A DNA stretch of 63,738 nt, counting the filler, from Reclinomonas americana ATCC 50394 (taxonomy: Eukaryota), in the NCBI GenBank assembly GCA_048213135.1. It is 20 parts of 20 records of this genome, joined end to end, with 100 filler letters (N's around TTAATTAATTAA, not from the genome) between each part and the next. Parts side by side here need not be neighbours in the genome. Positions count along the whole stretch, not along the records: positions 56,715 to 58,472 come from AFZH01020538.1; positions 58,573 to 60,553 come from AFZH01020539.1; positions 60,654 to 62,605 come from AFZH01020540.1; positions 62,706 to 63,738 come from AFZH01020585.1; 16 more parts are not named here. One strand, written 5' to 3'. How positions within the stretch are numbered: the first letter of the stretch is position 1; each line of letters starts with the position of its first letter. Made by a program: the position numbers and the translations under genes. Below the pieces are notes generated by a model. The model saw only the letters and a program-made list of their open reading frames with translations. It made no database searches and was not told the origin of the DNA. Positions 57,209 to 63,738 of this stretch are shown one piece after another.

Positions 57209-58300
57209 ATGTCCACTCTCTTCCTCTGCAAGCACGTGCTCAAGGGCCACACTGGCTTCGTGTTCTCTGTCGCCGTCACTCCCGATGGCCAGCACGTGTT
57301 GAGCATGTGCGCTGGCACGTTGCGTGTGTGGTCACTCGCGAGTGGAGCAGAGGTGTTTGTGCGACAGTTAGAGGGACACGCGGGTGATGTGTACTCTGTC
57401 GCTGTGACTGGAGATGGTCAGCACATTGTCAGCGGTGGTGATGATGGAACAGTGCGAGTGTGGTCACTGGCGAGTGGTGAGGAGGTGCGATGCGTGGAAG
57501 GGCATGATGGCGCCGTGTTCTCGGTCGCTGTCTCCTCCGATGGTCAGTTCATTGTCAGTGGAGGCAATGATCAGACAGTGCGAGTGTGGTCGCTGGCGAG
57601 TGGCGAGCAAGTGCATTGCATGGAGGGACACACCTCGTATGTGAGCTCTGTGGCCGTCACCCCAGACGGCCAGCACGTCATCAGTGGGAGTCGCAGCAGA
57701 GCGGCGCTTGTGTGGTCGCTGGTGAGTGGACAGGAGGTGCGACGTCTCGAGGCGCACGAAGGAGGCAGTACGCAGTGTGTCGCCGTCACTCGAGACAGTC
57801 AGCACGTAGTCTGTGGGAGTTGGGATGGCACGGTCCTTGTGTGGTCCCTGGCAAGTGGAGAGCAAGTGCGACGGTTTGAGGGACACTCGGCAGGAGTAAT
57901 GTCGGTGGCCGTCGCGCCCGATGGTCGACACGTAGTCAGTGGGAGTTGGGATAAGACGGTGCGAGTGTGGTCGCTGGCGAGTGGCGACATGGTGCAACGA
58001 TTGGAGGGATACGGTGACGCAGTTAACGTCGTTGCTGTCACTTCCGATGGGCAGTGTGTTGTGAGTGAAAGTGATGACAGGACTGTGCGGGTGTGGTCCA
58101 CTCCTTGTGGTTTCGCTCGATGTGAGCTTGATGCGGCTCGCATGGCATTGGTGGCCGTCCAGGAGATGCAGCGTAGGGAGGGTGAGGACAAGGAGGTAGA
58201 TTCACGATGCCTTCCAGAGATGGTGCTGCGGTGCTTCATCGTGGAGGAGGCTGAGGTTATGGTGTTCCGATGCCTTGCTGATTCTCAGCTGCACCTGTGA
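57209..58300 (+). CDS. Intronless 7xWD40 family member (copy F)
   Basis: MSTLFLCKHVLKGH..; seven blades; tail DSRCLPEMVLRCFIVEEAEVMVFRCLADSQLHL*. Confidence 0.92.
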   Translation: MSTLFLCKHVLKGHTGFVFSVAVTPDGQHVLSMCAGTLRVWSLASGAEVFVRQLEGHAGDVYSVAVTGDGQHIVSGGDDGTVRVWSLASGEEVRCVEGHDGAVFSVAVSSDGQFIVSGGNDQTVRVWSLASGEQVHCMEGHTSYVSSVAVTPDGQHVISGSRSRAALVWSLVSGQEVRRLEAHEGGSTQCVAVTRDSQHVVCGSWDGTVLVWSLASGEQVRRFEGHSAGVMSVAVAPDGRHVVSGSWDKTVRVWSLASGDMVQRLEGYGDAVNVVAVTSDGQCVVSESDDRTVRVWSTPCGFARCELDAARMALVAVQEMQRREGEDKEVDSRCLPEMVLRCFIVEEAEVMVFRCLADSQLHL

Positions 58301-58830
58301 GCCTGCCTGCGACAAGAGCGGTGCAGGAGGTGTCGCCTGTTGTGGTGCACTTCGTCTTGCTGCTGTTTTTCGCCTTCCTCTTTCTTTTTTTGCTTCTTCA
58401 ACAATGAACACGTCAGCAGCTTCTGGAAGGCAAGCACTTGTGCATAAGCACTCAATCTGCTTCTCCCCCCCCNNNNNNNNNNNNNNNNNNNNNNNNNNNN
58501 NNNNNNNNNNNNNNNNTTAATTAATTAANNNNNNNNNNNNNNNNNNNNNNNNNNNNNNNNNNNNNNNNNNNNGTAACGTACGACGACGACGTCGTTACGG
58601 TACGGTACGGAACGGACGAACGTACGTTCGTCGTACGTAACGTAACAACGTACTAACTACTCACTCTCCCCTCCCCCCCCCCCCCCCCCCCCCTACCTCT
58701 GCGACTCCCTTGCACCATGGCTTGTACGCTTCAACGTCGAGAAAAATCCCGCATTCACAGGACACAAAACCCCCACCGACCGCATCTCCCACACCCCGCT
58801 CTCACGCACACACAGTCACCTTTCAACACC

Positions 58831-59925
58831 ATGTCCAGCGCCGCTCATCCTCTCTTCCTCTGCAAGCACGTGCTTGTGGGTCACACTGCAACGGTGAGAT
58901 CTTTGGCCATCACTCCCGACGGACAGCACGTTGTGAGTGTGGGTGATGACAAGACAGTTCGAGTGTGGTCACTGGCAAGTGGAGCAGAGGTGCGACGGTT
59001 GGAGGGACACGCTGAAAGAGTGTGGTCCGTCGCTGTCACTCCCAATGGTCGGCACGTTGTGAGCGGTAGTGCTGACAAGACGGTGCGTGTGTGGTCGCTG
59101 GCGAGTGGCGAAGAAGTGCGACGGTTGAAGGGACACACTAACTGGGTGTACTCCGTCGCCGTCACTCCCGACAGTCAGTTTGTTGTGAGTGGAGGTGCCG
59201 ATAATACGGTGCGAGTGTGGTCGCTGGCGAGTGGTGAGGAGGTGCGACGACTGGAGGGAAACACGAGTGCAGCATATACTGTCGCCGTCTCTCCAGACTG
59301 TCAGTTTGTTGTGAGTGGGGGTGCAGACAACACTGTGCGGGTGTGGTCTTTGGCAAGCGGTGAGCAAGTGCGCCGGCTGGAGGGACACGCTGAGTCGGTT
59401 TATAGTGTCACCGTCACTCCCGAGCACGTCGTGAGCGGAGGTTGTGAGGGGAGAGTGCGAGTGTGGTCACTCGCAAGTGGCGAAATGGTGCGACGGTTGG
59501 AGGGACACTCTGGGCCAGTAACGTCTGTCGCGGTCACTCCTGACGGCCGGCATGTAATTAGTGGGAGTTGGGATAAGACGGTGCGAGTGTGGTCCATGGC
59601 GAGTGGAGAAGAGGTGCAACGATTCGAGGGACACATTGGGTGGGTGAACGCCGTCGCCGTCTCTCCCGACGGGCAACACGTCGTACATGGCAGTGACGAC
59701 GGGACTGCGCGGGTGTGGTCGACGCCATGCGGTTTTGCTCGATGTGAGCTCGACACGACTCACGTAGCACTGCGGCATGTCCAGGAGATGCAACGCAGGG
59801 AGGGTGGGGAGGAGGAAGAGGTGGACTCGCGGTGCCTGCCGGAGATGGTGTTGCGGTGCTTCATCGTGGAGGAGGCTGAGGTTGTGGTCTTCCGGTGCCT
59901 CACGGATCCCCAGCTGCACATGTGA
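58831..59925 (+). CDS. Intronless 7xWD40 family member (copy G)
   Basis: MSSAAHPLFLCKHVLVGH..; seven blades; tail ..LTDPQLHM*. Confidence 0.92.
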   Translation: MSSAAHPLFLCKHVLVGHTATVRSLAITPDGQHVVSVGDDKTVRVWSLASGAEVRRLEGHAERVWSVAVTPNGRHVVSGSADKTVRVWSLASGEEVRRLKGHTNWVYSVAVTPDSQFVVSGGADNTVRVWSLASGEEVRRLEGNTSAAYTVAVSPDCQFVVSGGADNTVRVWSLASGEQVRRLEGHAESVYSVTVTPEHVVSGGCEGRVRVWSLASGEMVRRLEGHSGPVTSVAVTPDGRHVISGSWDKTVRVWSMASGEEVQRFEGHIGWVNAVAVSPDGQHVVHGSDDGTARVWSTPCGFARCELDTTHVALRHVQEMQRREGGEEEEVDSRCLPEMVLRCFIVEEAEVVVFRCLTDPQLHM

Positions 59926-60221
59926 GCTTGTCTGCGACAAGCGGTACAGGAGGTGTCGCCTTTCGTGGTGTACTTTGTCTTGCTGCTATATTCTTTCTCT
60001 CTCTGTCGCACTTTTGCTTCTTCAACAATAAACGCACTTCAAGAGACGTCGACAGCTTCTGGGAGGCCAGCGATTCTGAAGCTCACGTTCTGCATCTCCC
60101 CGCCAGCTACGACTTCTCGAGCCAACGAGTCCACAACGTCGATAAATCCCGCAATCGCAGGACCTGTCGGTACTCACACCCCGCTCTCACGCACAGGCAA
60201 TCACCTTTCAGCTCCATGTCC

Positions 60222-61126
60222 ATGTCCAGCGCCACTCGCCCTCTCCTGCTCCCCCAGCACGTGCTTGAGGGTCACACTGCGCCGGTTATGTCTGTTGCCA
60301 TCACTCCGGACGGACAGCACGTCATCAGTGGCAGTCATGACATGACAGTGCGAGTGTGGTCTCTCACGAGTGGAGCACATGTGCGACGGCTGGAGGGACA
60401 CACTGGAAGAGTGTGGTCTGTTGCCGTCACTCCCGATGGTCAGTACATTGTGAGCGGCAGTGATGACAACACGATGCGTGTGTGGTCATTGGTGAATGGA
60501 GATGAGGTGCGACAGTTGAAGGGACACACAAGCGAGGTACACTCTGTCGCTGTNNNNNNNNNNNNNNNNNNNNNNNNNNNNNNNNNNNNNNNNNNNNTTA
60601 ATTAATTAANNNNNNNNNNNNNNNNNNNNNNNNNNNNNNNNNNNNNNNNNNNNTGCTAGTGTGGTCGCTGGCGAGTGGAGAGATGGTGCGCATTTTCGAG
60701 GGAGAGGCACAGGCTGTGCAGCCTATCACCATCACTCCCGATGGCCAGTACCTTGTCAGTGGTGGCTACGACAGGACAGTACGCGTGTGGTCGCTGGCAA
60801 GTGGCGAAGTGTTGCAACGGTTGGAGAGGCACACTGACTGGGTGTGGTCAGTCGCCGTCGCTCCCGACGGTCAGCAGGTGGTGAGTGGGAGTGAGGATAT
60901 GACGGTGCGGGTGTGGTCCACTCCATGCGGCTTCGGTCGATGTGAGCTTGACGCTGCGCGCATGGCACTACAGGTTGTTCAGGAGATGCAGCACAGGGAG
61001 GGCGAGGAGGAGGAAGAGGAGGTGGATTCACGGTGCTTGGCAGAGATGGTGCTGCGGTGTTTCATCGTGGAGGAGGCTGAGGTTGTGGTCTTCCGGTGCC
61101 TCACAGATCCCCAGCTGCACATGTGA
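60222..61126 (+). CDS. WD40 family member split by a gap (copy H; the halves could belong to two different copies)
   Basis: 5' half 60222-60553 and 3' half 60654-61126 are both open and carry the family N-terminus and tail. Confidence 0.85.
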
Positions 61127-61365
61127 GCATGGATGCGCCTTGCCTACATGCGTCGTTCACGATCTCGATCTTTTGTCTTTCTCTCTCTTTGCGTCAATGA
61201 ATGAACAGTTGTAAGACGTTGACACCAAGAAGAGCTCATTCTGGTCCTCCCCGTCAGCTGCGACTCCCTTGAACCAAGGCTTGTGCGCTTCAACGTCGAG
61301 AAAAATCCCGCAATTAGAGGACTAACTTTTATTTCCGTCTACGCACACGCAATCACCAATCATCC

Positions 61366-62466
61366 ATGTCCAGCGCCACCCATCCTCTCCTCCTCTGCAA
61401 GCACGTGCTGGAAGGGCACTCCGGCTTCGTGTGGTCTGTCGCCATCACTCCCAATGGCCAACACATCGTCAGTGGCAGTGATGACAAGACAGTGCGCGTG
61501 TGGTCGTCGATGACTGGTGAGGGAGTGCGACGGTTGGAGGGACACACTGAAAGAGTGTGGTCTGTCGCCGTCACTCCCGATGGCCAGCACGTCGTGAGTG
61601 GGGGCGGTGATCGAACCGTGCGAGTGTGGTCACTGGCAAGCGGAGAGGAAGTGCGACAGTTGACGGGACACGCGGGTGGGGTTGTTACGGTTGCCGTCAC
61701 TCCCGATGGTCAGTACATCATAAGCGGGAGCAGAGACAAGACAGCGCGAGTGTGGTCGCTGGCGAGCGGAGAAGTGGTGCGATTGCTGGAGGGTCACACT
61801 AATGATGTACGCTCAGTCGCTGTTACTCCTGATGGCGTGCATGTTTTGAGCAGCAGTTTGGACATGACTGTGCGCTTATGGTCGCTGGCAAGTGGCGAAG
61901 AGGTGCGACGGTTCGAAGTCGAAGGACACGGGCGGCGTGTGTGTTCCGTCGCTGTCTCGCAAGACAGTCAATTTGTTGTTTGTGGGAGCGGAGTGTGGTC
62001 ATTGGCGAGCGGTGAAAAAGTGCGACAGCTGGAGGGACGCACTCAGGCGGCAACAACAGTTGCCGTCACACCCGATGATCGGCACGTAGTCAGTGGGAGT
62101 TGGGACGAGACGGTGCGGGTGTGGTCCTTGGCGAGCGGAGAAGAAGTGGGGCGACTGGAGGGACACGCTGGGTGGGTGTTGTCTGTCGCTGTTTCTCGCG
62201 ATGGCCAGCACATCGCCAGTGGGAGCGGAGACACGACTGTGCTTGTGTGGTCGACGCCGTGTGGTCTTGCTCGATGTGAGCTCGACGAAGCGCGCTCGGC
62301 ACTGCACGTTGTCCAGGAGATGCAGCGGCGCAGGGAGGGCGAGGAGGAGGAGGAAGAGGAGGTGGATTCACGGTGCCTGCCGGAGATGGTGCTGCGCTGC
62401 TTCGTCGTGGAGGAGGCTGAGGTTGTGGTGTTCCGGTGCCTGGCTGACGCCCAGCTGCACTTGTGA
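61366..62466 (+). CDS. Intronless 7xWD40 family member (copy I)
   Basis: MSSATHPLLLCKHVLEGH..; seven blades (blade 5 shortened); tail ..LADAQLHL*. Confidence 0.92.
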   Translation: MSSATHPLLLCKHVLEGHSGFVWSVAITPNGQHIVSGSDDKTVRVWSSMTGEGVRRLEGHTERVWSVAVTPDGQHVVSGGGDRTVRVWSLASGEEVRQLTGHAGGVVTVAVTPDGQYIISGSRDKTARVWSLASGEVVRLLEGHTNDVRSVAVTPDGVHVLSSSLDMTVRLWSLASGEEVRRFEVEGHGRRVCSVAVSQDSQFVVCGSGVWSLASGEKVRQLEGRTQAATTVAVTPDDRHVVSGSWDETVRVWSLASGEEVGRLEGHAGWVLSVAVSRDGQHIASGSGDTTVLVWSTPCGLARCELDEARSALHVVQEMQRRREGEEEEEEEVDSRCLPEMVLRCFVVEEAEVVVFRCLADAQLHL

Positions 62467-62705
62467 GCCTATCTGTGCCTCGCCGTGGTGCTTTGTCTCA
62501 TCGTCTTGTTGTTGTTTTCTCTCTGTTTCGCTCTCTCTCTCGACAATGAAAGAATGAACTTTTAACATCAACTTCATTCACCAACAAACAAGCAACAGCT
62601 GTTTTNNNNNNNNNNNNNNNNNNNNNNNNNNNNNNNNNNNNNNNNNNNNTTAATTAATTAANNNNNNNNNNNNNNNNNNNNNNNNNNNNNNNNNNNNNNN
62701 NNNNN

Positions 62706-62739
<34 letters not shown>

Positions 62740-62803
62740 AACACAACGAGAGAGGCAACGAGAGAGCGAGTGAGAGAGAGAGAGGCGGCGATGTGGACGA
62801 AAC

Positions 62804-62868
62804 TGAGCCGGTTGGGAGCGTCTGCTGGAACTTGAGGTAGACTTGCGTCAGCGTGTCGTTGTGGTTCC
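62804..62868 (-). CDS. Possible small internal exon of a gene extending beyond the window
   Basis: cccag acceptor, then NHNDTLTQVYLKFQQTLPTGS with host-like codons, then a GT. Confidence 0.3.
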
Positions 62869-62949
62869 TGGGATGAGGGAAGAGCGTGAGCAGCAAATCC
62901 GCAACAGAAATGGACAGGGAGAGACAAGGAGGAAAACAGAGACTCGATA

Positions 62950-63239
62950 ACGACAACAACAGCATCAGCAGTAGCAATGACAACGACTGAAAAAGTGCAA
63001 GCACGACATACGCCCCGTTACAAGACACACAGGAAAACGGAAACACGACAACGACAGAACAACAACAGCAGCACCAACGACAACGACTGAAAGTGCAAGC
63101 ACAACATGCATGCGCCCCGTTGCAAGACACACAGGAAAACGGAAACATGACAACGACACAACAACAACAGGAACATCAACGACAACGACTGAAAAAGTGC
63201 AAGCACGACATGCGCCCCGTTGCACGAGAGAGATGACAA

Positions 63240-63277
<38 letters not shown>

Positions 63278-63370
63278 GAGGCACCGACAACGAGGATACA
63301 TATCGCGAAACTAATGAAACGTGCAAGCACAACAGGGATGCGACCTGTTGCACAAGAGAGAGAAACGCAA
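62950..63370. repeat. Minisatellite, ~100-nt unit, 3-4 degenerate copies
   Basis: ACAACGACTGAAA(AA)GTGCAAGCAC.ACAT..GCCCCGTT.CA recurs near 62980, 63079 and 63182, with a degenerate copy near 63320. Confidence 0.85.
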
Positions 63371-63738
63371 ACGACAACAACAATAACAGCAGCAGCAACA
63401 ACAATAGCATGTGCAATTGAGAACTCGGCGACACAGAGATAGCACCGTAAAGCGCAAGCACAACAAGCAAACGCCACCGTTAGAGAGACATGCAATCGCA
63501 CGAGCAAAAACCACACACAGCGAAAGGACAACGATCGTACAACACAAAATATCAGAGACACAGCTCACGTCAAATACAGTGCAAGAAGAGAAGACATTGC
63601 CAAAGAAAAACACGCGATTAGCACACACCATCGCCGCAAACACACACACACACACCCTCTCTCCCTCTTACTCTCTCTCTCTCCCTTCTCACTCTTTCTC
63701 TCTCGCTCTCTCTCTCTCTCTTTCCCTTCCCCTCCTTT

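Noticed and set aside
58573..58665. Odd CG/TA-rich stretch (gtaacgtacgacgacgacgtcgttacgg...)
   Set aside because: Sits at a contig end and follows a TACG-like cycle typical of pyrosequencing read-tail noise.
48537..62466. 126-nt periodic repeats with variable inserts as a CRISPR array or DGR template/variable repeats
   Set aside because: The repeats are in-frame WD40 blades. No cas or reverse-transcriptase gene is visible, and I saw no adenine-specific substitution pattern.
48537..62466. WD40 arrays as bacterial contamination
   Set aside because: Copies A, E and F are contiguous, with no gap, with intron-containing host sequence (SDR, COQ5, spliced exons at 56780-56978).

Overview
This is eukaryotic nuclear DNA: a gapped draft scaffold (19 identical 100-nt N-TTAATTAATTAA-N linkers) from an intron-rich, microsatellite-rich aerobic protist with the standard genetic code and mostly ~50-100-nt introns. 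I cannot name the organism. Several genes run straight across linkers (USE1, Clu-TPR, GT48, COQ5), so the pieces look ordered and the real gaps are often longer than 100 nt. Genes rebuilt by hand from splice sites and motifs: TMEM260-like 3' end, YbjQ/UPF0145, EDEM-type GH47 mannosidase, USE1 SNARE, a TM-polyQ-RING protein, a PUB-like/USP/UIM deubiquitinase, a large NHL/FN3/cadherin-like/IPT/PAN surface protein, a Clu-TPR protein, a PB1 protein, METTL23-like, a TM + FG/NPF-repeat protein with POM121-like layout, SKP1, SEC16, an atypical SDR, a divergent GT48 beta-1,3-glucan synthase, COQ5, PDRG1-like and several orphans. Three things stand out. (1) At least 9 intronless 7-bladed WD40 genes sit mostly in tandem arrays. 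They have a near-invariant blade scaffold, hypervariable top-face positions, mosaic sequence sharing between copies and a conserved C-terminal helical domain I do not recognise; this is a candidate diversifying receptor or E3-adaptor system. (2) A recurrent non-canonical 5' splice-site class (GTTGCG/GTTACG/GTTGAG) equals the normal donor plus one extra T. (3) The bacterial-type adhesin appears to have an NHL propeller inserted inside an FN3 domain. Family calls come from motif recognition only; no searches were run, and exon boundaries are approximate unless stated.
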